Counted from the first letter of the whole stretch, positions 50,454 to 63,360 are shown. The stretch: 63,845 nt of DNA, filler included, from Octopus bimaculoides (GCF_001194135.2; 7 parts of 7 records of this genome joined end to end with filler, not necessarily neighbours in it); one strand, 5' to 3'. The notes: generated by a model not told the origin, from the letters alone. A program made the numbers and translations.

Positions 50454-51289
50454 CATACATGTTTATGTGTGTGTGTGTGTGTGTGTGTATGTGTGTGTGC
50501 GTGTCTGTCCAAGATTATTATTTCTTTCAACCTAAAACTATGATAATGTGTATTTAGTGCAACTAATTCTACTAGAGTCAACATATTTAGTTTCCAGCTG
50601 GTAGAATCGTTACCATGAGTCTATCAATTTATCTGTTTATCTATCAATCGATCACTCTACGTATCTGTCTGTCCATCCAGTTACCTATCTATATCTCTGT
50701 CTATCTATCTATTCATCCATTTATCTCTCTTTCTATCTGTCTATCTTTCTATTCATCTATCCATTTATTTGCATATATATATATATATATANNNNNNNNN
50801 NNNNNNNNNNNNNNNNNNNNNNNNNNNNNNNNNNNTTAATTAATTAANNNNNNNNNNNNNNNNNNNNNNNNNNNNNNNNNNNNNNNNNNNNATATATATA
50901 TATATATATATAGGAAATTGGAAATGATTTGGTATAATTTATTTGCCATTACACATGTTTCATTTACTAATAGGAATTACAGAGTTAAAAATCATACATT
51001 ATTATTGCCTAATTTCTCTGTCTAATTAGAAATTCCTTATATGTCTATCTAACAGGAAAAACTCCATAATTCCTATTAGCAGATGAAACATGTGTAATGG
51101 TGAATAAATAATACCAATAAATTTCTCAACTTGTTGTTCCGTTATACAATAACTTCTGCCAATAATATTTTCAGAATTCTCAATTTTAATAAAATATTTT
51201 TGGACAAACAAACAACAGCAACAAAGATTTAACATATGTTAGATTAGCTTTAAGGGGAAACAGGTGTAAGTTACTCTAACTACTTACAT

Positions 51290-51330
<41 letters not shown>

Positions 51331-51710
51331 ATGTATACACACACATAGATGTATGTATATATACATAGACACACATATATACATACACATATATATATGT
51401 GTGTATGTATATATAGACACACACACACACATATATATGTATATATATATATATAGACATGCCCACACACTCACATTCATATATATAAAGAGAGAGGGAG
51501 AGATAAACATACAATGTGTGTGTGTGTGTGTGTGTGTATGTGTGTGTGGTTATGTGCAAGTGTTTTAAGAGTTCTTTCTCAGAAGGCCAGTTCTTATCTC
51601 ATTTTCTGAATTATTAAATGACTAAATGTCTAAGACTGCTTCTTCTTCTTAGACAAAACACTAGTCTGGAGCTTGTACTGTGTTTCAGCTGACAAGATAG
51701 CAGACACACG

Positions 51711-51750
<40 letters not shown>

Positions 51751-52281
51751 CACATACACAAACACTCACACACATACACATGCACACTCATATATATACA
51801 TATATACATATATATNNNNNNNNNNNNNNNNNNNNNNNNNNNNNNNNNNNNNNNNNNNNNNNNNNNNNNNNNNNNNNNNNNNNNNNNNNNNNNNNNNNNN
51901 NNNNNNNNNNNNNNNNNNNNNNNNNNNNNNNNNNNNNNNNNNNNNNNNNNNNNNNNNNNNNNNNNNNNNNNNNNNNNNNNNNNNNNNNNNNNNNNNNNNN
52001 NNNNNNNNNNNNNNNNNNNNNNNNNNNNNNNNNNNNNNNNNNNNNNNNNNNNNNNNNNNNNNNNNNNNNNNNNNNNNNNNNNNNNNNNNNNNNNNNNNNN
52101 NNNNNNNNNNNNNNNNNNNNNNNNNNNNNNNNNNNNNNNNNNNNNNNNNNNNNNNNNNNNNNNNNNNNNNNNNNNNNNNNNNNNNNNNNNNNNNNNNNNN
52201 NNNNNNNNNNNNNNNNNNNNNNNNNNNNNNNNNNNNNNNNNNNNNNNNNNNNNNNNNNNNNNNNNNNNNNNNNNNNNNNNN

Positions 52282-52337
<56 letters not shown>

Positions 52338-52624
52338 TACATTCACATACACACACATGTACACATACACACACATATGAATATTTGTTTTTATGTTTAA
52401 TCATAATAAAAACAATTTTACATTAATCTGATGCGTTGCTCTATATTTTCGTAGAGGACAAGTTTATTCTTAAGTAAAAATTGTTCACAGTGACTTTGAA
52501 GTCTTGACTAGTTAAATCATCGGCAGACTGCCAAAGCATCAAAGTCACCGTCAACAATATTCTTGTTTAAAAAGAAACATATATACATATATATCTATAT
52601 ATATATATATGTATATATACATAC

Positions 52625-52800
52625 ATGATTGAATGCTAAATCCACAAGTTTTTTTTATTCTTTCTCTCTGTTTATTTTCTCATGTTCCTTTCTGCTGAAG
52701 AGCAGAGGCTCAAAACGTAAAAGACTTTCTCACTTTCCCGAGTGTCAAACTAACACACCTGCTTGCTGTTCATACAACTGTCTTCGTCTTTCGTTTTATA
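52625..52800 (+). mobile_element. Repeat H with degenerate minimal hammerhead-like motif
   Basis: 52688-52723 = CTTT CTGCTGA A GAGC AGAG GCTC AAAA CGTA AAAG; homologous to the inverted copy at 14238-14273. Confidence 0.55.
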
Positions 52801-52933
52801 CACACACACACACACGTACATATTGCATGCTTAAGACCATTTTTAAAGGTGTATCCTGTAACTAGTTTTGATTAAATCATCATTTCTGTTCCGTTTTAAC
52901 AAAACCGTCCGACGAACAGGAATGTGAAACAAC

Positions 52934-53090
52934 GGGCTTCTTTCAGTTTCCGTCTACCAAATCACCTAACAAGGTTTTGGTTGGCCCAAGGCTACAGTAG
53001 AAGACACTTGCCCAAGGTGCTACACAGTGGGACTGAACCCGGAACCATGTGGTTAGTAAGCAAGCTACTTACCACAAGCCACTCCTACAC
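52934..53090 (-). mobile_element. SINE family A head
   Basis: ACGGGCTTCTTTCAGTTTCCGTCTACCAAATC..GCTACTTACCAC.AGCCACTCCTA. Confidence 0.9.
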
Positions 53091-53193
53091 CTATATATAC
53101 ATATATATATATATATATGTACATACATATATATATACATATGTATATATATGTATATATACATACATACGCACCTATATATGTATATTCAAT

Positions 53194-53240
<47 letters not shown>

Positions 53241-53262
53241 CATACGTACATACATACATGTT

Positions 53263-53305
<43 letters not shown>

Positions 53306-54118
53306 NNNNNNNNNNNNNNNNNNNNNNNNNNNNNNNNNNNNNNNNNNNNNNNNNNNNNNNNNNNNNNNNNNNNNNNNNNNNNNNNNNNNNNNNNNNNNNN
53401 NNNNNNNNNNNNNNNNNNNNNNNNNNNNNNNNNNNNNNNNNNNNNNNNNNNNNNNNNNNNNNNNNNNNNNNNNNNNNNNNNNNNNNNNNNNNNNNNNNNN
53501 NNNNNNNNNNNNNNNNNNNNNNNNNNNNNNNNNNNNNNNNNNNNNNNNNNNNNNNNNNNNNNNNNNNNNNNNNNNNNNNNNNNNNNNNNNNNNNNNNNNN
53601 NNNNNNNNNNNNNNNNNNNNNNNNNNNNNNNNNNNNNNNNNNNNNNNNNNNNNNNNNNNNNNNNNNNNNNNNNNNNNNNNNNNNNNNNNNNNNNNNNNNN
53701 NNNNNNNNNNNNNNNNNNNNNNNNNNNNNNNNNNNNNNNNNNNNNNNNNNNNNNNNNNNNNNNNNNNNNNNNNNNNNNNNNNNNNNNNNNNNNNNNNNNN
53801 NNNNNNNNNNNNNNNNNNNNNNNNNNNNNNNNNNNNNNNNNNNNNNNNNNNNNNNNNNNNNNNNAGTGTGCCCCTGTGAAGTGGCTGGTGCACACACACA
53901 CACGCGCACGCATGCACACACGCAAAAACACATACATGCACACACACATTTCTTTTACTTGCAGTTGCTGCTACTACTGCTGCTACACAAACTGCTCATC
54001 CATTGTATTTGTGTATGTGAGTTAGTGTGTGTGTGTGTGTGTTTGTGTATGTGTTTGCATATATCTGTGCATGTGTGTACGTACTTGTGCATGTATGTGT
54101 CTGTATATGTTTATACAT

Positions 54119-54250
54119 CAGCTGTAGAAACTCTGCCAAATCAGACTGGAGCCTGGTGTTGCCATCCGGTTTCACCAGTCCTCAGTCAAATCGTCCAACC
54201 CATGCTAGCATGGAAAGCGGACGTTAAACGATGATGATGATGATGATGAT
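54119..54250 (+). mobile_element. Repeat E 3' end (RTE-type tail) with (GAT)n
   Basis: CAGCTGTAGAAACTCTGCC..CCAACCCATGCTAGCATGGAAAGCGGACGTTAAACGATGATG; matches 59636-59752. Confidence 0.8.
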
Positions 54251-54522
54251 GTATGTATGTGTGTGTGTGTGTATGTGTGTTTATGTGTTTGTATGTGTGT
54301 ATGTTTGTCCTTCTCATAAGATGAGAGGATAGTTGTAAACAAGTATCCTCGCCATACAAGTGCTGAACTTCCTTTCCAACCTTCCTCAAAAAATCTGCCT
54401 GTCCAAGGGTTGGTGGAGGTGGGGGGAAGAGGGATAGATTACGATTATCTCATTTGGGAACAGGCTGGTGAGGTGGTGGTGGTGGTAACAGAAAAGGATC
54501 TGACCAACATCCTCAACACATT

Positions 54523-54700
54523 CTGGCAGAAACGTTAGCACGTCAGGCGAAATGCTTAGCGGTATTTCGTCTGTCTTTACGTTCTGAGTTCAAATTCCGC
54601 AGAGGTCGACTTTGCTTTTCATCCTTTCAAAGTCGATAAATTAAGTACCAGTTGCGTACTAGGATCAATCTAAGCGACTGCCCCCTCCCACTCCCAATAA
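54523..54700 (+). mobile_element. SINE family B
   Basis: CTGGCAGAAACGTTAGCACG..GAGTTCAAATTCCGCAGAGGTCGAC; CpGs largely retained. Confidence 0.9.
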
Positions 54701-55000
54701 TTTACATTTACAATCCCAAAACCTGTTATGTTGAAACAATCATTATGAAAGAACAAATATAATAGCATGACCTTCCTTGGATTAACTGCACAATATTTTG
54801 CGACAAATAAGTTATCCTTGGAATTTCAGTTTGTATGGAACGGTTTCCTTTAAGGAAATCGGTCCATTTCACAACAGTCTCTATTCTGGCATTTGCAGGA
54901 GTGTTCGTTCATAAAGCTGCCATTTATAAATCTTCTTTAATCTGATCTTTATTTCTTGGCATATGGATGTATATATTCATATATATAAATATATATATAA

Positions 55001-55037
<37 letters not shown>

Positions 55038-55048
55038 CATCATGTTTA

Positions 55049-55084
<36 letters not shown>

Positions 55085-55166
55085 CACATCATGTTTGTGC
55101 ATTATATATATATATATATATATATATAAGCATATACATACATGCAACCCCCCCACCTCATTTATT

Positions 55167-55218
<52 letters not shown>

Positions 55219-55539
55219 AGCATACATATATGTATACGCACATACATTTCCACGTATGTAAAAAAATATTGATAAACTGTAATTAAGTCCCCACCTGTGT
55301 GACATAGAATCTTAGTTAATTTATGTAAATGTATGTAAATTAATGACGGCACATAAGTGTCTAACTCTGAACCTAATTGTCATTGTCATCTACACAGAGA
55401 CCCATATGTTACAACACTGTCTCAATCAAATGGTTGTTCCCCTGGAACATAATTCCTTTTTAGCTTTGTCATGAATTAACATATATTAGAGTGGGCTGTG
55501 TACATGACCAACATAAAGTGATGTTGAGCACGATTTATA

Positions 55540-56300
55540 TTGGGTCATCCCATAAATAATGTAGTTGTTTTATACTTCTTTTTATTTTTCAAAATTAGGA
55601 TAAACAAAGTTCTTTTTTTTAAAACTAAAATATACTCTCCTTCAATGGTCTTCCATCTATCTGCTAAACCTGCAAGGCCCCTCTTCCAAATTTCACTTGT
55701 CCATGATGAAATATAATCCTCCAGTTCTGTTCTGACCTCGTCTACAGAATTCCTATTTTTCCCATCCAAATGATTTTGAAGACTGTGGAATAAATAATAA
55801 TCAGAGGGGTCAATGTCCGGCAAATGTGGTGGGTGGGGCATCATTTCCCACTGAAACTGCTCCAGCCATTGGAATGTCACCCTCACTGTATGTGGTTGAG
55901 CATTATCCTGATGGAAGAGCACTTTTCATCTTGAAACCGAAGATGGTCGTTTTTCTTGTAGTGCTGACCTAAATGACAGGTTGAATGACCAAATCCAAGC
56001 TTCTCTGCCAGTTTCTCAATAGTTAAGATGGGATTTTGTGTCGCCGAGGTTTGCAGGACGTCCTTGTTGAACTCGTTGAACTCTACAGATCTTCCAGCAT
56101 GAGGCTCGTCATCTAGGCTGTAGCTTCCAGCTCGGAATTTCTGGAACCACTGTTGACACTGGCTTATGCTTATTGTCCAATCCCCATAGACTGCATTAAT
56201 ATTCCTCGCACTTTCTGTTGTGTTGTGGCCTTTATTGAACTCAAAAAGCAAAATATGCCGATTATGCTCCTTTGTCATTTCCCTTTGAAAAAAACAACTA
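55540..56300 (-). mobile_element. Mariner transposon with internal deletion
   Basis: ATG at 56278: RHILLFEF..WFQKFRAG..L.DEP..GR (HTH), joined to HQDNA..H..PHPP..PDIDPSDYYLF..LQNHLDG. One TIR (TTGGGTCATCCCATAAA) after TA at 55538-55539. Confidence 0.92.
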
Positions 56301-56566
56301 TTAAAATCGAAGTGCACTCTTACACACATGCATGCACACACACACACACACTGGTGGGAATTCAGACATATGCAAATTTTGTTAAGTTTCAATCAAGAAA
56401 CAACAAAAAATAGTTTCAGTGAGAAATGAATAAATTTCCAACAAAATTCTTTATAGAATCAATAATTTATTGATTAGATATATTACAGGTGTCCCAGGTT
56501 GTTTGAAGCTGCCCCTTGCCACCAAACGACACACCTCATTACCTTAACAGTTAATCAGTACAAGTT

Positions 56567-56685
56567 GGTGTTGTTTAGCCCCAGGTCTGTCCTGAACCAG
56601 TAGGCCAGACCTATAACCAAAGCTATTCCAATGGTGATCATCCTGTCTTTTCTTCAGGCATAGTGTATCTGGGACTACATCATCA
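56567..56685 (+). mobile_element. Dispersed repeat D
   Basis: GTTTAGCCCCAGGTC..GACCTATAACCAAAG.ATTCCA..GTGTATCTGGGACTACAT; inverted homologues at about 57800-58030. Confidence 0.55.
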
Positions 56686-56760
56686 CATGCATTCTGCTCT
56701 GTTGCTGTTACTTAGAACACTTTTAATCATGGGTTGACTGGATCAGTACTACCTCTAGAG

Positions 56761-56799
56761 ACCACCAGGGGTCCATGGACGCCAGTTTGGGAACCCCTG
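56761..56799 (-). mobile_element. hAT-Charlie terminal remnant
   Basis: rc begins CAGGGGTTCCCAAACT; bracketed by CTCTAGAG (56753-56760) and TCCTAGAG (56800-56807). Confidence 0.45.
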
Positions 56800-57054
56800 T
56801 CCTAGAGGAGTGCCTTCTCAAAGACCACTCCCAGTAGGCTCACTGCATCCTCAGACACCAACCTGACTATTTCTACATGCCAGCAGTCATATACTACTGA
56901 AAGCAGACTAAGACCCTGACAGGTGCTCTGAGTCTGGATCAGAGGAGACCTGGGGAACAATTGTGGTTAAGGGGTGGATCCACCCTCCTTAAGACTCTGG
57001 AACTCTTCAACCAGAACGCTTGAACATACACATGCGCACGCACACACACACACA

Positions 57055-57207
57055 TGAAAGGCTTCCACATAGTTTCCATCAATGAACTTCACTTGCAAGG
57101 CCACTATAAGCAGAAGACACTTGTCCAAAGTGCTGTGCAGTGGGATTGAACTAGCAACCATGTGGCTGTGAAACGGGCTTCTTATCCTCACAGCCACGCC
57201 TTTACCT
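57055..57207 (-). mobile_element. SINE family A head, CpG-decayed
   Basis: GCAGAAGACACTTGTCCAAAGTGCTGTGCAGTGGGATTGAACTAGCAACCATGTGG versus the family pattern GTGCCACGCAGTGG.ACTGAACCCGGAACCATGTGG. Confidence 0.8.
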
Positions 57208-57799
57208 GCACGTGATTTGAGGGAGATTTCACTACTATTTCTAACAGGCCAATACAACTGCTACCGCACCCTGCCCCTCCCCTTTAAATGGCCCTCAAAC
57301 AAACGCTTTTATTATCATTTAATCTCAAATGCAGAATTGCTTTCTTCTTTATCAACCTGTTTTTTTTTTCTCTTTTTGCTTCGATTTTTTTCCTGTTATT
57401 TGTTTCTTTAAAAAAAAATTTTTTTTTATTGTTATTCTTTTTATTTTAGTTTTAGTCATGCATGGATTGGGTGGGGGTTACANNNNNNNNNNNNNNNNNN
57501 NNNNNNNNNNNNNNNNNNNNNNNNNNNNNNNNNNNNNNNNNNNNNNNNNNNNNNNNNNNNNNNNNNNNNNNNNNNNNNNNNNNNNNNNNNNNNNNNNNNN
57601 NNNNNNNNNNNNNNNNNNNNNNNNNNNNNNNNNNNNNNNNNNNNNNNNNNNGGTGGTGGTGGTCATTTTGTGTATAGATGTTATTGCTTCATAGCAACAG
57701 ATCGTATTAGATAATGTAATCTTAGATAGACGGTGCCTACATAGCTTTGATGCTGGGGGCTGCGGGGTCAGGCCTGACCTACAACAAGAAAGGTCACAG

Positions 57800-58030
57800 C
57801 AGATAATGTAGCCCGAGATACACAGTGTCTTTATAAAAGGCATGATGTTCACAACTGGAACGGCTTTGGTCATAGGGCTGCTGGATCAGAGCTGAATTAG
57901 AGCTAAAGAAGGGCACATGACACAATGAAGTCCAAGATACACCATGTTTGAATAAGAGACATGATGGTCACAGCTTGAATGCCTTTGATCACAGGTCTGT
58001 CTCATCAAGGTAGACCTTGGGCTAAACAGT
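57800..58030 (-). mobile_element. Dispersed repeat D, two sub-units
   Basis: GATAATGTAGCCCGAGATACAC..; GAATGCCTTTGATCACAGGTCTG..GGGCTAAAC. Confidence 0.55.
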
Positions 58031-58166
58031 AACAAGGTAGGACACATTAGATTTTGTAGTTCTTGGTATATTCTGTCATCAGAACAAAAAGGCATGAAGG
58101 CCACAGTTGGAACGTCTCTGATCATAATTCTGTAGGATCAAGACTGAGCTGAAGTTAAACATCACC

Positions 58167-58200
<34 letters not shown>

Positions 58201-58491
58201 TCATCATCACCATCAATAACAACATCTGTTAATTACCCAGAAATATTGACAAATATTGACTTATATGTACTACCTACATATCTGTGGAATTAGATTCTTA
58301 AACCACCACCACCACCACTCCAACCCTACTTTAATCCCCACTCCCTTGGACCAAATGCTACCTTAATCCCCCTCCCCCTGCCTGTCACATCTGTCTCAGA
58401 GTTAAGGAGAAACAAACATCTGTGACAAAGTATTTAATATTTATTTTATACTGTGTGTGTGTGTGTATGTGTGTGTGTGTGTGTGTGTGTT

Positions 58492-58528
<37 letters not shown>

Positions 58529-58686
58529 CCTCATCAATTGAGCAGTATTAACATATTTGTCAGCCTGCAACATTTGGTAATGNNNNNNNNNNNNNNNNNN
58601 NNNNNNNNNNNNNNNNNNNNNNNNNNTTAATTAATTAANNNNNNNNNNNNNNNNNNNNNNNNNNNNNNNNNNNNNNNNNNNNATTA

Positions 58687-58725
<39 letters not shown>

Positions 58726-58975
58726 TTATTATTATTATCTTTGTTAATATTCATCTTTATTGTCACTTACTAATTATTAGTATTGTAATATATCATTACA
58801 TCACCACCATCACCATCACCACTATTATTATCATCATCATCATCATCATCATGATCACCATCACCAACAACAACACCATCATCAACACCATCATTATGAT
58901 CAGCACCATTACCACCACCACCACCACCACCACCATAGTAGTCATCATCTTCATTTAGTCATTATTCTTATTATT

Positions 58976-59340
58976 CCGGCTTTCTGTTCTCTGAGTTCAA
59001 ATTCTGCCAGAGTCAACTTTGACTTTTAACCTTTTGGGGCCGATAAAATAAACACCAGTTGACCATTGGAGGGGTTGATGTAAATAACTTGCCCCCACCT
59101 GACAAATGTTTCAGGTCTTATGCTTATAGTAGAAAGAACCATTATTATTATCATTATTATTATCATAGAAGAATCGTTAGCGCTCTGGGCAAAATGACTT
59201 GCAGCATTTTGCTGTCTTAATGTCCTGAGTTCAAATTCTACCGAGGTTGACTTTTGCCTTTCATCCTTTCAGGGTCCACTAATTAAGTACCATTGAAACA
59301 CTCTCCACGAATTTCAAGCCATGTACCTTTAGTAGAAAGG

Positions 59341-59387
<47 letters not shown>

Positions 59388-60127
59388 GTAAATAGCACCA
59401 TTTGAGTGTGATCATTACCAGCGTCGTCTTACTGGCACTTGTGCCAGTAGCACATTAGAAAATCATTTGAGCGAGGTCATTGCCAGTGCCCCTGGACTGG
59501 CTCCTGAGCAGGTGACACGTAAAAAACACCATTTTGAGTATGGCCGTTGCCAGTACCGCCTGACTGGCCCTCATGCTGGTGGCACGTAAAAGCGCCCACT
59601 ACACTTTCGGAGTGGTTGGCGTTAGGAAGGGCATCCAGCTGTAGAAACTCTGCCAGATCAGATTGGAGCCTGGGCAGCCATCCGGTTCACCAGTCCTCAG
59701 TCAAATCGTCCAACCCATGCTAGTATGGAAAGCGGACGTTAAACGACGATGATTATTATTATTCTTATTCTTATTCTTATTATTAAGCTGGCAGAATTAT
59801 TAGCATGCTGGGCAAAATGCTTAGCGGCATTTCATCTGTTTTTATGTTCTGAGTTCAAATTCCACCGAGGTCATGGCTAATGAATTAAGTACCAGTTGAA
59901 CATTGGTGTTGATGCAATCGACTCATCCCTTTTCTGAAATTGCTGGCCTTGTGGCAAAATTTGAAACCATTATTATTATTATTATTATTATCATTATTAT
60001 TATTATTATTATAAGGCAGTGAGCTAGCAGAATCATTAGCGCTGCAGGCAAAATGCTTCGTGGCATTTTGTCCATCTTAACATTCTGAGTTCAAATTCCG
60101 CTGAGGTCGGCTTTGCTTTTCATTCTT
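58976..60127 (+). mobile_element. Array of four SINE family B copies plus one repeat E, separated by (ATT)n
   Basis: B at about 58976-59140, 59168-59342, 59785-59968 and 60013-60127; E at 59389-59752. Confidence 0.88.
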
Positions 60128-60129
60128 TC

Positions 60130-60428
60130 AGGAAGACCCCCAACCTCTCTGAGACCGAAAAAAGCACAAATGAGTCAAAGCAATGTGAAGACACTTGTCG
60201 ACCGTTTTCTTCAACTACAAGGGAATTGTTCATGATGAGTTTGCTCCACCTGGTCAGACAGTAAAGCGGGAGTACTACTGTGACATTTTGCGGCATTTGC
60301 GGGATGCTATTTGCCAGAAAAGGCCACAACTGCATGCATCCAGTGAGTAGCAATTGCACCAAGACAATGCACCTGCCCATCAGCGCAGCCTGTGCAGCAG
60401 TTTTTGGTTAGGCACAGCATTCCACAAG
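60130..60428 (+). mobile_element. Mariner transposase fragment (catalytic region)
   Basis: Frameshifted PKKAQMSQSNVKTL..VFFNYKGIVHDEFAPPGQTVKREYY..LRDAI..KRP..LHQDNAPAH..QFL..HSIPQ. Confidence 0.9.
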
Positions 60429-61374
60429 GTTAAAAACAGTAGTATATTTTGGTTAGGCACAGCATTCCTGGGGTTAAAACAGTAGTAATGTCCGTTTGTA
60501 CAGAACAGCCATATTGATGGGACAATAACCATTACCTCTCTGTATAGTTACTACTTTCATCTCTGATACAGATTTTCTAACTACTTTGCTTGTTGTATGT
60601 GTATATCTTTAATTCGGTTTAAGAATTTTATTTTAATTTTCAACTATATTTTATTTTTATCCAATTCGTGACATTACCATTATATTATTCCATTAAAACT
60701 TTTCCCTTACACACCTAGTAACCCTATCTCCTCTCTCTTTTCCCACTACACCCATCTGTTTCCTTTCCTTTCATCTTTTTCTTCTTTGCTTTCTTCTTCT
60801 TCTAATTCTTCTTTTTCTTCTTCTTCTTCCAATTCTTCTTCTTCTCATTATTATTATTATTATTANNNNNNNNNNNNNNNNNNNNNNNNNNNNNNNNNNN
60901 NNNNNNNNNTTAATTAATTAANNNNNNNNNNNNNNNNNNNNNNNNNNNNNNNNNNNNNNNNNNNNGTGTGTGTGTGCGTGCGTGTGTGTGTGTGTGTGCG
61001 TGTTTATTCCCTCCTCTTTTTCTTAAATTTACATTCCCATCGGTGTTAATTGTTTGATCGAATTATTTTTAATCTCTAATTTACTGACTACAACGTTTTT
61101 TTCCCTTTTCGGTTTCTGAAGAGATCCTAAAACAACAGCCAACCAGCATACACACCCTTATGTTACATCAGCCATGCTACCTTACTTCTCTCTCTTTCTG
61201 GTTTTCTCTCTCTCTTATGCTTATCACCCCTCTCTCTCTCTTTCTCTCCCTACCTTCTATCTCTCTCTTTCTCTCGATCCTTCTATGCCTTGTGCATATG
61301 AATGTATACAGACATACATACACACACACACATAGATTGATTGCTAGACAAATATATATATACATAGGTATTTG

Positions 61375-61405
<31 letters not shown>

Positions 61406-61727
61406 NNNNNNNNNNNNNNNNNNNNNNNNNNNNNNNNNNNNNNNNNNNNNNNNNNNNNNNNNNNNNNNNNNNNNNNNNNNNNNNNNNNNNNNNNNNNNNN
61501 NNNNNNNNNNNNNNNNNNNNNNNNNNNNNNNNNNNNNNNNNNNNNNNNNNNNNNNNNNNNNNNNNNNNNNNNNNNNNNNNNNNNNNNNNNNNNNNNNNNN
61601 NNNNNNNNNNNNNNNNNNNNNNNNNNNNNNNNNNNNNNNNNNNNNNNNNNNNNNNNNNNNNNNNNNNNNNNNNNNNNNNNNNNNNNNNNNNNNNNNNNNN
61701 NNNNNNNNNNNNNNNNNNNNNNNNNNN

Positions 61728-61762
<35 letters not shown>

Positions 61763-62821
61763 ATGTCTATATATATATAATAAATATATATCCGTACAAC
61801 TGTGCGTATGCAAAGACGTGTGTGAGTGCGTGCGTGTGTGTGTGTCTGTTTATCCATGTGTGCGCGTGTCTATCTGTGTACGTGTATGTTAACACGTTTA
61901 AACACATGCGCTAATGCATGTCTGCAGATAAATCTGATAAGAAAATGAAAAGCTTTCGTGAAAAGATCTTGTCTTGACATTGCTTTATATTAATTGAACA
62001 CTCTTTTAAAACACCTCACGATACATAACGTTCAATCAACTCATAATAGAATCCTTTCTAGAGGGCGCTGCATTCGCAGAATCGGTAGAGCTACGGAATA
62101 TATTTGCGTCTGCTTATTCCGACGTCAGGTAAATTCATTCTTTTTTTTTTGTTATTTGTTCTCCAATTATTTTAATTTCTCTCAATGTTATTTAAATTAA
62201 AACGAAAAGTAATTTTATCGTAGTGTATTACGGATTTTGTAGTTCTTTTCTCCTTATACAACTTTTGTTTATCGTTCTTGAAATTTGAATAAATTCTTCC
62301 CTTTTTTTCAGTCATATGACGATAGAGTGCCCGGGTTCATCTTCTTTGTTCACCTTGCCGGGGTCGATGAAGAAAGTACCTCTCAGTTGTGAGAGGTACT
62401 CTCAACAGTAAGACACTAGCAGCTAAGCCCGGTTTCACCCGGTCGGTTTGGATGATGTGGCTGAAAAACCTGCTCTGTGTAAGCATTCGACATATTTGGG
62501 CACGCTTACGTTAAAAAAACATTTTAGAATGACTTTTTTCTGTCAAACGCTAAAAATAACTGACCAACAAAAAACAAAAAAACCAACCAAGATTCAACCA
62601 AATCAAAAAATAAACTCAAATACTAAGCGATCAAAGATGAACCATCCCACGTCCATTGCGCGCACACAAACACACACCCCACCTTTTACATACACGCACA
62701 TATATTTACACATAGTTGAAATGCTGTTTGATTTATTTTTTCAGCGTACCCCTCGCAAATGAAGTGTTTCTGCACCCTTTTGATGACTTGCATGTCTTGT
62801 ATTTTGAAAACGTTGAAACGG

Positions 62822-62893
62822 GGGCACGTTGCCAAGTGGTTAGGGTATTCTACATACAATTGTAATATCATGGTTTCGATTCCTGGACAAGGC
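62822..62893 (+). mobile_element. Degenerate tRNA-like SINE head
   Basis: A-box-like TTGCCAAGTGG and B-box GGTTTCGATTCC; cannot form a full cloverleaf. Confidence 0.5.
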
Positions 62894-62969
62894 ACAGAGA
62901 CAGAAAGTGAGTGAGAGAAAGAGAGAGAAAGAGACAGAGAGAGTGAGAGAAATGGAAAGATAATTAGAT

Positions 62970-63013
<44 letters not shown>

Positions 63014-63113
63014 TGAGAGAAATGGAAAGGTAATTAGATACAGAGAGAGAGAGAAAGAGAGAGAGAGAGAAAGAGATAGAGAGAAAGAGAGAGAGAGAAA
63101 GAGAGAGAGAGAA

Positions 63114-63144
<31 letters not shown>

Positions 63145-63297
63145 AATAGAGAGATTGAGAGGAGAGAGCGAAAGACTAGTGGAGATGGAGCCAGGGTGAG
63201 AGAGAGAACGATAGATACAGTGTGAGTGAGTGGGAGGGAGATAAAGTGAGGGAGAAAAAATCGAGAGATAGACAGACAGACAGACAGATAGATAGAC

Positions 63298-63360
<63 letters not shown>

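Noticed and set aside
61116-61140. CTGAAGA..AAAAC hammerhead-like string
   Set aside because: Stem II cannot form.
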